64,000 bases of DNA from a virus (Duplodnaviria; Caudoviricetes), in IMG/VR virus record IMGVR_UViG_3300037067_011041, positions 32,001 through 96,000 of that record; one strand, written 5' to 3'. Position 1 is the stretch's first letter; each line of letters opens with the position of its first letter. A program made the translations under genes and the position numbers. The notes under the pieces are model-generated. The model was not told the DNA's origin. It saw nothing but the letters and a program-made list of their open reading frames with translations, and searched no databases. This document shows positions 1-10,683 of the stretch, piece by piece.

Positions 1-2
1 CT

Positions 3-1283
3 CAGCAGTATTTGATGGTGCTGCAACTATTGACTGATCCTATGGCTCAGTCAGTAACAGACACATTAGCGCTGACCGATGAAGTTATGACATCGGGCGC
101 AACGCTGCCCACATCTAGCAACATGGCCTTAGTTAGTTCGGCCGTGGCGATAAGAGATCTTCCCGTAAGCGTTGGTCACACTATCACTTTCACATCTCTT
201 GGTGGCAGGGTAGTCACCTTTGATGGTTCCAACGTTCTTGTGTTGTCGCACTTGATCGCCCACTTCAATTACGTTGCTGATCGGGCCCCGGTCGGTAATG
301 TATTGGCTCTCGTTCAGACCGTAACCTCTCTGTCAAGCCTGGACACTACGAGTAATCTCGGGCTGGTTCAAACTGTAAACGTACAGGCGCCGATCAAGCC
401 GGTTATCATTCAGCCGCTTGGCTTATCCAGCCGCACGAGCACTCCTCACAGGGCGTTCATTACTGACACCCTCGGCATTGATGATTTTCTCGTCACCCCC
501 CTGCCAACGCAGCATGTGTCCCACACGATATCATTCGTACAGGATTCGCCTATTGGCATGGTGGATGACACTATTAACTTCACACAGTCTGTGACGTTCT
601 CGTTCTCGCTTACGGCGTCGAACACGATGAACCTGACGGATCAACTTGTGATGACAGCGATTTGGCTGAGGGCCGTCGAGCACGACAATGTCGTCGGGCA
701 TTCGATGACTTGGTATGAAGACACTCCATGCGGCAAAAAGAACTACACCCCATTCCAAGGTGAGAATACAGTTGCCCTTGACGTAGCTATGCCAAGAAAT
801 ACCTTGCAAGATCCGCAAGGTGATACAGGCAATTTCTCATTGTACACGCCCTATCTTGGTGTGGCGTCCAGCAAGGTGACACTTCGTAAGCCGGAACTTG
901 ACAACCGAGATCGAAACGCCTACTCACGAGTCAGTCAAGAGACCCGTGGCGGAAAGATGATTGTGTACGCTGATCCTACTTGGCCTAAAGTGCGGACGCT
1001 AGCTGTAACAATCATCGGACTTACTGAGACACAAGTAGACGAATTCCAAGACTTCATGCAGGCTACAGTCGGACAAGAGATTGGCCTCACCGACTGGGAA
1101 GGAAGACTCTGGAAAGGCTTCATCAGAAATCCTAACGAGCCTGCAATACAAGACGGACGGAATATGTGGACCGTGTCCTTCGAGTTTGAAGGCGAGATGC
1201 TCGACGTTGAGCAGCCAGGGAACGAGAACGGAGACGGAATGGCAATGAACCTTTCTCAAGCAGTTACGGCGGTGATAGTATGA
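3..1283 (+). CDS. Phage tail-associated structural protein (5' truncated by window)
   Basis: Frame open to window edge; Thr/Val/Ser-rich beta-type composition; C-terminal domain ending WTVSFEFEG resembles distal-tail folds; ATGA-coupled to next gene. Confidence 0.6.
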   Translation, partial: QQYLMVLQLLTDPMAQSVTDTLALTDEVMTSGATLPTSSNMALVSSAVAIRDLPVSVGHTITFTSLGGRVVTFDGSNVLVLSHLIAHFNYVADRAPVGNVLALVQTVTSLSSLDTTSNLGLVQTVNVQAPIKPVIIQPLGLSSRTSTPHRAFITDTLGIDDFLVTPLPTQHVSHTISFVQDSPIGMVDDTINFTQSVTFSFSLTASNTMNLTDQLVMTAIWLRAVEHDNVVGHSMTWYEDTPCGKKNYTPFQGENTVALDVAMPRNTLQDPQGDTGNFSLYTPYLGVASSKVTLRKPELDNRDRNAYSRVSQETRGGKMIVYADPTWPKVRTLAVTIIGLTETQVDEFQDFMQATVGQEIGLTDWEGRLWKGFIRNPNEPAIQDGRNMWTVSFEFEGEMLDVEQPGNENGDGMAMNLSQAVTAVIV

Positions 1284-1666
1284 GTTTCATCTTGAAGGCG
1301 CCCTATCCGGGAGTCGTAACAACCACTCTTCTTCCATCGCCTGCTTGGGGGGACTCCAAAGCCTTGACGGCAACGGTGCAGAGTCAGCGATCCATGAACG
1401 GCACGCTGTACACCTACGTCAAGCCCAGAAACGGCAGGAAGAGATTTCAATGGCAGTTTGAGATCGCCCGGCATAAAGCCCTTGAACTGCGCGAGTTTAT
1501 CAACTCGTACTTTGGAAAACTCATCCAGATTATTGACCACGACGGCGACACATGGATAGGGTATCTTCGCAGCAACCCGTTCGAGTTCTTAGGTGCGGGG
1601 CACGCCGGTGCAAACTGGCCGGGCGGAGAAACCATGTCCATCCAACTGGAGTTTGAAGAACGATGA
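1280..1666 (+). CDS. Putative distal tail / minor tail protein
   Basis: 128 aa, resembles C-terminal domain of the upstream protein (DHDGDTWIG...MSIQLEFEE); ATGA overlaps on both sides. Confidence 0.55.
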   Translation: MSFILKAPYPGVVTTTLLPSPAWGDSKALTATVQSQRSMNGTLYTYVKPRNGRKRFQWQFEIARHKALELREFINSYFGKLIQIIDHDGDTWIGYLRSNPFEFLGAGHAGANWPGGETMSIQLEFEER

Positions 1667-4600
1667 GAACGATAACAGCAAATGCCCAGGCTCTACTTTC
1701 CCAGAACATGGGGACAGAGTTGATGGTCATCTTGGAAATTGAGTGGGTCGATGGCGGCACCTTCTATTACTCAGATCAGGTAGTGGCCGGTTGTCAGCCG
1801 AAGATTCTAACCATGGGCGGATTTGATTCGTCCATGATTCTAGAAGGTGCAGCCGACTCGCAAGAACTGAGCATCATTCTCGATGACACTGATGGAACAG
1901 TGCGAGAAATCTACAATGCGAATGACACCCACAAGCGACCAGCGAGGGTCTACCTACTTCACAAAGGTCTGACCCTTGTCGACAAGATCCTTGTGTTCAA
2001 AGGCGAACTCGTAACACCGATCGAGTGGGACGAGGCTCAACGCAGCATTTCATTCAATTTGCTCTCGAAGCTGAACTCCACGCAGGTAGGCTTCAGCATG
2101 GAAGAGGGTGACTTTCCGAACATCCCAGAAGAGGCGCTGGGGAAGGCGTGGCCGCTCGTATTTGGTCAGGTTTGCCACCTGCCCGCCGTCAAAGTACGGG
2201 CGCCTCGCCGAGGTTATCTTGAGAGTGGCACGGGCATTCATGACTTCACGCTTGAGCCAAGGATTTGCCAAGCGGTTCAGATCCAATGCCCCAGCCAGTC
2301 TACCGGTAAGCAGTGGGTCGACGACCCCAGCTACAATGCTGGTGGCTACACGACAAATACTGTTGGCCCGGATCTTGAGTGCGTAAACCGTCGATTCGGC
2401 GAGATATGCAAGCTGAAAGATCTGTACGAACAGCAGATCGCCTATGAGACAGCTACTCTGAACATCTACAATGGTGTCTCGTTCCCTCAGAGTCAGCGGC
2501 TCACCATCTATGTTGACGGGGCCACTTTCAACGGCACGTTCAGCGGCAACACGTTCAACATCTACTCCCGTCAGCATCCTGAGTGGGCGACATTCAACCA
2601 TCAGCCTTGTCGACAAGTGCCCGGAGTAAGCTACAGCACCGTCCCAGGCCAGCCGCAGATCGGTGGCACCAACAATGTGCGTCAAGGGGCTGGCGGGTAT
2701 GTACCCGTAAGCAGCAACTTCCACACGACGCCAGAAGGGCAAGCCTATTACATTGCAAACAAGGCTTGGATTCCGAACGATGAACTTGTTTCTTTCGCTC
2801 CTAACCAAACTCAGACGCAGGCGTTCGCGTCTTGCGATGAGGCGTTGGTAAGTGCGCCCGGCATGACCGGCGGTCCGAAAGATTCGTGGGCGTTCTACGA
2901 TGAGATGGACGAGTCTCAGTTCTGGTGGGCCCCGGCCGGTTCAGAAGTCTACATGGAAGACGAGTCAGAAGTCCTTTACATCGTGTCGTTGCTTCCTGGA
3001 ACTGTCGACGGCGTCGCCGCATTTCGACAGGCCCCCAACGGCTTCCGATACTTGACCGAAGTACCGGCTGACAGATACACTGTGTACGAGACCGATTACG
3101 ATGGTTATGACGTTGTCGAGATCGGGCTCAATAAGGAACTGTCTCACTACATCGATCCGGTAACGAATGCCAGCGAAGGATGGGAAGACCAGATCTATGT
3201 TTCCTTCACCTCGACGGTAGGGCCGAATCCTTGTGACATTATTGAGTGGTTGATCGACAAGTACACCAACTTGACTGTGGACGCGGCTTCGTTTGCGGCA
3301 GTCAGTGCGTACATGACCAACTATCCAAACAACTTCTACCTGACAACGCGACCGGATGTCTATGATTTGATCCGCGATATCGCGTACCAATCGCGGTGCG
3401 CAGTTTATGTCCGCAACGGTGTTGTGTACATCAAGTATCTGTCGCTGGAGCCAACATCAGTTCGCACGCTTACTGAAAGCGACATCCTTGCCACCTCGTT
3501 CAAAGAGTATCTCAGCGAGACTGAGGACGTTTACACTACCCACACAGTTCGATGGAGCAAGGCCGGGGCGGCGGTCCGCAGCGACCAGACACCGGACCGA
3601 ACCATCATTCTGAAATACAACGTGGCCAAGTACGGGACGGTTGAGTCCGATTGGGACTACTACACCTACAACCTGTACGATCTGGTGCTGAAGTCGAGCA
3701 CGTTCTGGCTCATCCGAAAAGCCAACTGCTGGAAGAAGCTGGCGTTCCAACTTCCGATCAAGCATATCGACCTTGACGTGGGCGACTGCGTCACGATCAA
3801 TGTCGCTCAGTTCGGTGCGGCTGTGAAGGTCGTTATCGAGGCCATGAACGTCAACCCAGACGAGAACGTCATAGACGTGGTTTGCTGGACCCCGATCCGC
3901 TCTGGCGAGACAACCCCTTACTACTGGGCTTGGCCGTCGCAGCAAGCGGCCCATCAGATTTGGCCACTGTCCGATGACACGAACGGCGGAGCCGGACACA
4001 ACTTCTCTGTTACCCCTCCTTTGGGGCACATCCTTTTGGGGGGTGCTCACAGGGATGACCAGATCGTAATCACGACAGGAGATCTCCATCCAAGCGACTT
4101 GGACGATGCCCTCCCTACCGTTTTGTGCGAGTTGAGCGACTACATCAACTTCAATGAGAAGCCACCAGAGATCGTGGCGAAAGAGATCGCTCAGACGGCC
4201 GCCCGGCAGGCCATGGAAAGCAACATGTCCGGAGGCGGCAACCCAGGGGCTGGCGGCGAGATCAAGACCGAGACCGACAAGTGCGGTAAGAGCTACGCAG
4301 GCTGCGGCTACAAGGTTGTGGTCACATGGCACATGTCGACGTCACAGGGTCAGGCGACGTCACTGGGCGGTGCCGAGCATGGTGGGCCGTGCGGCGGACC
4401 CTGCCAATGCTACGGTGGCTGCCCGTCGTGCACAGGGCCCATTTGGCAGACCTGCCACACATTTGGCGCTGCTTGGGCCGCCAAGTATTTCGAGGCTTAC
4501 ATGGAGACCACCTACGGGGCCCCAGAGGACGATTACTGGGAATGCAACCAGACCGCCGTCCTGTGGGCAACCGCGTCGAACGGAACTCATGCGGCCGAAT

Positions 4601-4737
4601 ACACCAACAATGGGGCCGACTGCCCTGATATCTCGTCTTCTGGCTCCACGTCACCTGACGGATCGGCTGCCACCGAAACGGCGGCGCCTACTGGTGCCAC
4701 CGGCAACGAGCCGTGGGGTGATAGGTACGGGGAATGA
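1663..4737 (+). CDS. Tail tip / baseplate hub-like protein with Cys/Gly-rich C-terminus
   Basis: 1024 aa; hub-like motifs WPLVFG and LDVGDCVTI; tail-module context. Confidence 0.65.
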   Translation: MRTITANAQALLSQNMGTELMVILEIEWVDGGTFYYSDQVVAGCQPKILTMGGFDSSMILEGAADSQELSIILDDTDGTVREIYNANDTHKRPARVYLLHKGLTLVDKILVFKGELVTPIEWDEAQRSISFNLLSKLNSTQVGFSMEEGDFPNIPEEALGKAWPLVFGQVCHLPAVKVRAPRRGYLESGTGIHDFTLEPRICQAVQIQCPSQSTGKQWVDDPSYNAGGYTTNTVGPDLECVNRRFGEICKLKDLYEQQIAYETATLNIYNGVSFPQSQRLTIYVDGATFNGTFSGNTFNIYSRQHPEWATFNHQPCRQVPGVSYSTVPGQPQIGGTNNVRQGAGGYVPVSSNFHTTPEGQAYYIANKAWIPNDELVSFAPNQTQTQAFASCDEALVSAPGMTGGPKDSWAFYDEMDESQFWWAPAGSEVYMEDESEVLYIVSLLPGTVDGVAAFRQAPNGFRYLTEVPADRYTVYETDYDGYDVVEIGLNKELSHYIDPVTNASEGWEDQIYVSFTSTVGPNPCDIIEWLIDKYTNLTVDAASFAAVSAYMTNYPNNFYLTTRPDVYDLIRDIAYQSRCAVYVRNGVVYIKYLSLEPTSVRTLTESDILATSFKEYLSETEDVYTTHTVRWSKAGAAVRSDQTPDRTIILKYNVAKYGTVESDWDYYTYNLYDLVLKSSTFWLIRKANCWKKLAFQLPIKHIDLDVGDCVTINVAQFGAAVKVVIEAMNVNPDENVIDVVCWTPIRSGETTPYYWAWPSQQAAHQIWPLSDDTNGGAGHNFSVTPPLGHILLGGAHRDDQIVITTGDLHPSDLDDALPTVLCELSDYINFNEKPPEIVAKEIAQTAARQAMESNMSGGGNPGAGGEIKTETDKCGKSYAGCGYKVVVTWHMSTSQGQATSLGGAEHGGPCGGPCQCYGGCPSCTGPIWQTCHTFGAAWAAKYFEAYMETTYGAPEDDYWECNQTAVLWATASNGTHAAEYTNNGADCPDISSSGSTSPDGSAATETAAPTGATGNEPWGDRYGE

Positions 4738-5309
4738 CCATGCAACCATGTAACAAACGGCAGACAATTGTAAAGCGGTCAGAGGGCTTGACCCTCTACC
4801 GCTGTATCAATACGAAGTGCGGCATGCACGGGGACAACGTCGACGAAGGCATTTGCTCAAGATGCCCAGTCAGATCTGTTCCTCACAAGCCACCGTGCAA
4901 GAGCCCTAATCAAGAGAGGCCCGCCACAGCGAACGTTGTTACCGTCCAAGAGATGATGAACTTCTCTGACGAGGATGTCAAAGCCATGATGGCAGAGGTG
5001 GGTCTTGAGCCGGAAGATTTCGACCATCCCTTGGTGGACGTCGAACTGATGCCGCCTAACTACCCGCCGCTGTCTATGCAGATGTGGACCTACAAGGAGG
5101 CCCTTATTCGTTGGAGCAAGGCGGGCTGGCCTTCTCGTACCAAAGAGGAGATACAAGAGATCCTTGACACCCATTGTCACTCGTGTGACTGGTACGACGC
5201 GAATCAGAAACGATGTCGCGGATGTGGGTGCAAGGTCACTGAAAGTTCCATCGCCATCTTCAACAAACTGAAGATGGCTACGGAGCATTGCCCGAAGGGA
5301 CTATGGTAA
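4734..5309 (+). CDS. Cys-rich protein with DUF6171-like C-terminal domain
   Basis: CxxC...CxxCGC...KLKMATEHCPKGLW C-terminus. Confidence 0.55.
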   Translation: MTMQPCNKRQTIVKRSEGLTLYRCINTKCGMHGDNVDEGICSRCPVRSVPHKPPCKSPNQERPATANVVTVQEMMNFSDEDVKAMMAEVGLEPEDFDHPLVDVELMPPNYPPLSMQMWTYKEALIRWSKAGWPSRTKEEIQEILDTHCHSCDWYDANQKRCRGCGCKVTESSIAIFNKLKMATEHCPKGLW

Positions 5310-5866
5310 TGGAAACTGCACTTGGTTGGCTTGGACAGATATTCGAGGCGTTGCTTCAGCTTGTTCCTCGACGTGTGATTATCAAAGCCACCGAGGGCGG
5401 CGTCAAATGGTCGTTATGGCGAGAGCCAAAAGAAATGAAGCCAGGAATCAGATTCTATTGGCCCCTAATAACCGCCATAGAAGTGATCGTTACCGCACGT
5501 CAAACGATCAACACGCCCACCCAATCTCTGATGACCAAGGATGGAAAGACGGTGGTGGCAAGCGGCGTGGTCGTGTACAGAATCAACGACATTGTGCAGG
5601 CGATAGGCAAGCAGAATTGGTCGCCTGAAGAAACGGCCCGTGATATAACGCAAGCCGCAATTGTGAAGATCGTATCGAAATGGGATTGTACTGCCCTGCT
5701 CGAAAACATCAGCGATGACGTTGAACGCCAGTTGACGGACTCTTGCAGGAAGCAACTTCGTCAATACGGCATCTATGTCGGCCGGGCCGCGTTGGTCGAC
5801 TTCTCGACCGTCCGTCAACTCAATCACTCTGGAATTAACATAGGAGCGTCACATGGCCAAATGTAG
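5309..5866 (+). CDS. SPFH/Band-7 domain membrane protein
   Basis: TAATG-coupled start; PGIRFYWP and QSLMTKDGKTV motifs typical of SPFH. Confidence 0.8.
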   Translation: METALGWLGQIFEALLQLVPRRVIIKATEGGVKWSLWREPKEMKPGIRFYWPLITAIEVIVTARQTINTPTQSLMTKDGKTVVASGVVVYRINDIVQAIGKQNWSPEETARDITQAAIVKIVSKWDCTALLENISDDVERQLTDSCRKQLRQYGIYVGRAALVDFSTVRQLNHSGINIGASHGQM

Positions 5867-5996
5867 AAAGCCGTGCAAGAACTGCCGTCAGAAGCCACAC
5901 AATATGGCGGCTTCGCCCGCCCGCCCGCCTCGCGGATCAATCCGCAAGGCCAAGCGAGACGAGATGCGAAAGCAAAAGAAGATCAACATGTCTGCC

Positions 5997-6602
5997 TTAG
6001 CCACCAAGGAAACGCATCAACTCAGCGTAGAGCCGGGCTGTGGCGAGGCAATCAGCTAACGCGTTGTGTGCATTATCAAGCTGAATGTCGAATCGCTTGC
6101 ACAAGGCCGTCAAACTAAGCAGGTGGAATGGGTGCTTCCTTCCATGCCACACGTACAGGTCATTTACCGTTGCGGCCAAGGCCATGGTGTCCCTTGGATG
6201 CACGTGCCAATATGCGTTGAAGCCGTCCATCCCAAGCATGTGAATTAGGAAGGCTCTCTCAAAGCCCCAATTGTGAGCTAGAGGAACAAGTCGCTTACCG
6301 AAAGGCAGATTCAGTTTGTGCCACCACTCCTCGAAGAGTTCTACTCCTCGTTCTTGTGTTGGGCACCCCTGAAGAGAGTCCAGTGTTATTCCGTGCTTGC
6401 GGGTGGCTTCTTCGCTTATTCGATCTGGGTAGTCCGGCATCAGGCCGGGCATGTAATAAAACCGAAGATCTGGATGCGGTTCAAAGTGTTGGTTGAGCGG
6501 GACGCATGCGATCTGAACAATCTCATGGTATCCCGCCAACACGCCAGTCGTCTCCACATCAACGGCACACAAGATGTTGCCGTTCATATTGAGAAGACTC
6601 AT
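5997..6602 (-). CDS. DEDDh 3'-5' exonuclease (DnaQ-like)
   Basis: VDVETTG, AHNWGFE, HNALADC motifs. Confidence 0.9.
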   Translation of the reverse strand: MSLLNMNGNILCAVDVETTGVLAGYHEIVQIACVPLNQHFEPHPDLRFYYMPGLMPDYPDRISEEATRKHGITLDSLQGCPTQERGVELFEEWWHKLNLPFGKRLVPLAHNWGFERAFLIHMLGMDGFNAYWHVHPRDTMALAATVNDLYVWHGRKHPFHLLSLTALCKRFDIQLDNAHNALADCLATARLYAELMRFLGG

Positions 6603-7420
6603 GATTGATCCTCTTGCGGCAGTGTGGCGCCGTCAACAAGGGCCTGAACAATGTCGTTAATTCGATCTCGCAGTTCATTGTCTTGCGGCATGCTCAAGAG
6701 ATAGAATTGAACATTGTTCTCGGGGACGATGATCTCTTCGATGTACACGTCTCCTTCCCCATCGGCCGGGACGATCGGGAGCCCGAAAATCTCTCCACAG
6801 TCGGGGCACTCAAAGCCCCCGTCTTCCAGCGAAATGCAATTCGTCTCATCGCATTGTGGGCATACCAACAGGTCAAAGACATGCCCGCATTCGCACTCTT
6901 TTCCAAAGTCGGTTTCCCATACGATTTCCGAGCCACATAGCGGGCAGTGGGTATCTTTGAGCAGGGGCACTGGCGTAGATTGGAATTCGATTGTCATCGA
7001 ATCAACGTCGGCTAGTTTCGCTCCGTTGACATAGATCTCGCCAACAGGTTCCAGTTTGGCTTCCCGCTTGGCCTTCTCGGCCGCCCAGTATGCCATGCGA
7101 GCGTAGAACACTTCCTTGTCGATGAGCGGGCCAGTGGTGTTCAGTTCCATCCAGGCACACAGGTTCCAGATGGCGTGCCCGAGATGATGGCAGCCAGAGT
7201 CCTGGTCGTATACCTCTCCGCCCAGATAATAGTCAAGGTGACGGCACATGGAATCGAGGTATTCCTCGTCGGGCTTGCCTCCTTTCTTCCAGTTTCCTTC
7301 GTTGTACTTGTTGGCGCCGAACTCTTTCACTCGGGCCACGGCCTCAAGGGCTCGACGGAAACTTCGCATGAAATATCCAAGCTTCGGTTTGCCTTCATTG
7401 AATCGCAATGCGCCGCTCAT
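6599..7420 (-). CDS. dATP/dGTP diphosphohydrolase-domain (DUF5664) protein with C-terminal zinc ribbons
   Basis: GKPKL...VKEFGANKY..GNW...RHL...DSGCHHLGHAIWN; CPLC, CEC, CPQC, CPDC. Confidence 0.85.
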   Translation of the reverse strand: MSGALRFNEGKPKLGYFMRSFRRALEAVARVKEFGANKYNEGNWKKGGKPDEEYLDSMCRHLDYYLGGEVYDQDSGCHHLGHAIWNLCAWMELNTTGPLIDKEVFYARMAYWAAEKAKREAKLEPVGEIYVNGAKLADVDSMTIEFQSTPVPLLKDTHCPLCGSEIVWETDFGKECECGHVFDLLVCPQCDETNCISLEDGGFECPDCGEIFGLPIVPADGEGDVYIEEIIVPENNVQFYLLSMPQDNELRDRINDIVQALVDGATLPQEDQS

Positions 7421-10158
7421 ACTTCATCCTCTTTCACTAGGTTGCCACCATTCTTGGTGTAGGGAGTTCCTGGTTTCGTATTTGGTTCAAACGACAGGTT
7501 TCCAATTATTTGCTGGTTGTGCTTCAAGCACCTGCCAACAAGGAAACGCTCAGACAACACACTGCGAATCACCCGCTCTTTCCACTCTGTCTGCTGATAC
7601 ACTTCCAGGGTGGCAAGGAATCTTGCTTTGAAGTCCGTGAACTTTATCGCTGCTCCCGGAATCTCATAGCAATTCTCAGTGATGAATCGTTCCAGTTCGT
7701 CGACACTGTCGGCAGCCGCGTCAAGCTTTCCTTGTGTCTCAATCACTGGAAGCATGAGTCGCCCAACAGCGGGCTGAATCTCAAAGTCCATCAAGGTCCG
7801 CATAAAATGCGGGCCTTCCGCTCGCAACAAATCATGAAAACGGTCACGAGGGATCTCGTCTTCAAGGGCGGGCACATTCATGGCAGTGATGCGGGTATCA
7901 CCCGGAAACACCGGCAGGCTACGGCGACTGTTGGCCATCTGAACAAAGTGCAGCGTGCTGGTGACGTCTTGCACCTGCTTGTACTTTGCATGGATGGACA
8001 CGGTGATGCCTGTCACCCATTCCTTCAACTTGTTGTACACCTCCGAGCCCGCTTTGGCAATATCGACTTCGTCGACAACCGCCAGCACCGTATCAATCAA
8101 CTCGCCGTTGTAACCTTGAGTCGATGTCAATGCCCTGTCGGCTTTCTCTACGCCATTAGTTAGAAGCAAAGCGATTGCTTCATGGAATGACGACTTACCT
8201 GAGTTCTGAGGGCCGTACATGAACAAGTAGGGCAACTTACCAAATGGGTTTTGGAACATGCAAGCAACCCACGCAGTAAGATAGTCACCGCCGGTGGTGA
8301 TGCCCCAGTCCTTACACCAAGGAAGGTCAGGGATGTACTCATTCAGTTCCACCCCGCAATGGGCCATAAGCCTATTCCAGGTTGGATGTTCAGGGGACTC
8401 GTCTTCTCCTAGCTCGATCGGTGCATACACAAATTGTGGTGCATCACGGTTCCACACACGTCCGCCCGGATATTCAGCTTGAAATGGCTCATTCACAATT
8501 GTCCACGATTTATAGATCGCGCCTCCAAGAACCAAGTCAGGTTTGTTATGGCCGGTCGAAACGAGATACGACTTGATGTTCTCTCGCGGGTGGGTTGTCC
8601 ACCCGCCACCCTCGTCGCGCAGCACCCAGGAATCAAACGAGGCTCCTTTGGAGCCGTCCGTCTTCAAGGCCCTCATTTTGTCATCGAGTTCGGTCCATAG
8701 CTTCTCTTCGTCGATTTTCACGTCGGGAGTTTCTATGGCGTCCCTGATCCAGATTTCCCATCCTCTCGACGTCTTTACGTACCGAGGGAAGTCTGTCTTC
8801 TCATCGTTGCGTTTTCGCTCAATGACGAGGATCACTTTTCCATCGTCACCATTGTGAAGGGCAAGGGCCCGGTCATCTGTCTTCTTTGGCAGCTTCAAAG
8901 CCGATCCAAGAAGAACGAGGGCCGCTTTCAGGCTTTCGACGTCATCAAACAAGTAGCCTTGTTTTTCGTCGGTTCCTTCATAACCGCCGCACGAGAGGCA
9001 GATTTGCTTCAGTGTGGCTGGAAAGTTGTAGGTAGTGTGAGTCCACTTACCTTGGCTGTCCCAGAGCGAACACTCTTCTGTGCCTTCTCCAAATCGATAG
9101 ACATCCCATGCCCCGTCCGGCTTAGGCCGCATGAAGCAATTGGGCTTGCCTGGATCTTGATCGAGCGAGTTGGTATCGAACAGGCCCCTCATCGGGTGCC
9201 CTCTCTCGGCCCAGTCGTCGAAGACTTGCTTCAGGCCGCCAGTATGCCCCTGCCACAGGTGGTGGTCTGTGACCCACAAGGCGGTATGACCGGTGCCTTC
9301 CAAATCTTCCAAGATCTTCAGGTGGGTCTCGTCGAGTTGAACCTTGGCGTACGCCTCGGTCATCTCGTCAAGTTCATCACCCTTCGTCGCTGTACCATCG
9401 GCGGTCCATCCTTGGACACGCACTTTGGTTCTGCTGCCGGAGACGACTTCTAAATGATCTCTCCAGTTGGGAGGAACATGGTCGGCAGTCAGAATTTGTG
9501 TTGCTGGTTTCACCACGGAGTACCCATTGCCGGATGACTCGACGTGGTGTATCCACATCACACCGCCGCAGACATCGATGTTCTCAGCGATGTCAAGCTT
9601 GGTATGTTGTGTGATGAGTGGAATGAATGAGCGCGCAATCGCGGCGTGCTCAGTGTGGTTCATGGTTACCGGATAGGGCTCCTGAAACCAGATATAGATG
9701 TGGCGACCGTTTCCGCGAGTAGACCGGATCACCTCCAGCCACGGAACGTCAATCAGGTCTAGCATAGCTAGCTGATCGTCGTCGATGCCTACACCTTCGG
9801 CATGCCCTATCTTAGAGTCGAAGTCGTAGCCCAAACCAACAGTGCGTTTGTTCTTCCAGTCCCACCATGTGGTCCCGATGGCTTTCATTCGGGTTTCAAT
9901 CACATAGGGGATCGGCGGGTCACTGTAATTTGGCTCGCCTGCCGGATCATAAGGCCATCGATGCGGCCCAAAGACTTCACCGTCACATTCATACTTACCG
10001 TTGTCTAGCTTGACACCGGTTTTATGACACATGACTTGTGTCTCAAACCGACTTGGGTCGACGCCCCACCTATCAATGAGGGCGGGATTGTTGTGCTTGC
10101 CTTTGATCCGGTTTTCGTAGTAGAGTTTGTAGGCTTCAGTTGTGCGCGTGTTTCTCAT
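7417..10158 (-). CDS. DNA primase-helicase (primase-like N-terminus, SF3 helicase C-terminus)
   Basis: DFD and STRGNGRHIY primase-like motifs; Walker A GPQNSGKS, Walker B VVDE; 913 aa. Confidence 0.85.
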   Translation of the reverse strand: MRNTRTTEAYKLYYENRIKGKHNNPALIDRWGVDPSRFETQVMCHKTGVKLDNGKYECDGEVFGPHRWPYDPAGEPNYSDPPIPYVIETRMKAIGTTWWDWKNKRTVGLGYDFDSKIGHAEGVGIDDDQLAMLDLIDVPWLEVIRSTRGNGRHIYIWFQEPYPVTMNHTEHAAIARSFIPLITQHTKLDIAENIDVCGGVMWIHHVESSGNGYSVVKPATQILTADHVPPNWRDHLEVVSGSRTKVRVQGWTADGTATKGDELDEMTEAYAKVQLDETHLKILEDLEGTGHTALWVTDHHLWQGHTGGLKQVFDDWAERGHPMRGLFDTNSLDQDPGKPNCFMRPKPDGAWDVYRFGEGTEECSLWDSQGKWTHTTYNFPATLKQICLSCGGYEGTDEKQGYLFDDVESLKAALVLLGSALKLPKKTDDRALALHNGDDGKVILVIERKRNDEKTDFPRYVKTSRGWEIWIRDAIETPDVKIDEEKLWTELDDKMRALKTDGSKGASFDSWVLRDEGGGWTTHPRENIKSYLVSTGHNKPDLVLGGAIYKSWTIVNEPFQAEYPGGRVWNRDAPQFVYAPIELGEDESPEHPTWNRLMAHCGVELNEYIPDLPWCKDWGITTGGDYLTAWVACMFQNPFGKLPYLFMYGPQNSGKSSFHEAIALLLTNGVEKADRALTSTQGYNGELIDTVLAVVDEVDIAKAGSEVYNKLKEWVTGITVSIHAKYKQVQDVTSTLHFVQMANSRRSLPVFPGDTRITAMNVPALEDEIPRDRFHDLLRAEGPHFMRTLMDFEIQPAVGRLMLPVIETQGKLDAAADSVDELERFITENCYEIPGAAIKFTDFKARFLATLEVYQQTEWKERVIRSVLSERFLVGRCLKHNQQIIGNLSFEPNTKPGTPYTKNGGNLVKEDEV

Positions 10159-10227
10159 AACGGCGCACCCTCAGCGTACTTGTTCCATCGTTCCATGAAA
10201 TCCTCCGAAATTTAGAAGTGTCTACCA

Positions 10228-10258
10228 CTATTGTAGCCAAAAGGCCGCCAATTTCCCG
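10228..10258 (-). promoter_or_regulatory. Putative class-II promoter CGGGAAATT-N11-GGCTACAATAG facing the primase-helicase operon
   Basis: Mirror copy of the motif at 10653-10683. Confidence 0.6.
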
Positions 10259-10262
10259 TTCG

Positions 10263-10316
10263 CTCGCCGGAATCTCGCCGGAATCTCGCCGGAATCTCGC
10301 CGGAATCTCGCCGGAA
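10263..10316. repeat. 11-bp tandem repeat CTCGCCGGAAT, 4 full copies plus one 10-nt copy; iteron-like, putative origin
   Basis: Units start at 10263, 10274, 10285, 10296, 10307; between divergent primase-helicase and ParB genes. Confidence 0.85.
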
Positions 10317-10652
10317 ATTTCCAACCGGGGGCCCCATAATAGGTGGTGCAATAACCCTTATGGGGACCATGCAAACTCCCTATACGGTTGGTGGTATGAC
10401 CAAACCACCCACCGGAATTTCTCGCACGTTCCGTCCCCTCCGGTTGGTGGTATGTAACGCAAGTCCTTGCACACTAGTTGTTTATAACTTGAGATTCAGT
10501 CTCACCGGAACCGGAGTCCAAAAAGAGTTCCCCAAGAAAATCGTGCAAAGTTGCAAAGTTTCGCAGGGACCGGTTTTGGAACTCCGGACTCCGGAACAGT
10601 TCCCATCTCTGAACCTTGCCCTGGAAAATTCGTTTGAAAATCCGGCAGACGG

Positions 10653-10683
10653 CGGGAAATTCACGTCAAACCGGCTACAATAG
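10653..10683 (+). promoter_or_regulatory. Putative class-II promoter CGGGAAATT-N11-GGCTACAATAG facing the ParB operon
   Basis: Same boxes and spacing as 10228-10258 (-); ATG follows at 10694. Confidence 0.6.

Noticed and set aside
6599-7420. 2-aminoadenine (Z) genome
   Set aside because: No PurZ or DatZ-like gene in the window; DUF5664 and MazG alone are insufficient
10263-10316. CRISPR array, with the 44550 nuclease as Cas4
   Set aside because: Repeats are 11 bp and contiguous with no spacers; no cas1/cas2; the nuclease is a common stand-alone phage type
10136-10683. ORFs 10218-10457, 10136-10351, 10360-10683 and the 10616 extension of ParB
   Set aside because: They run through repeats and promoter motifs, lack RBS and protein-like character
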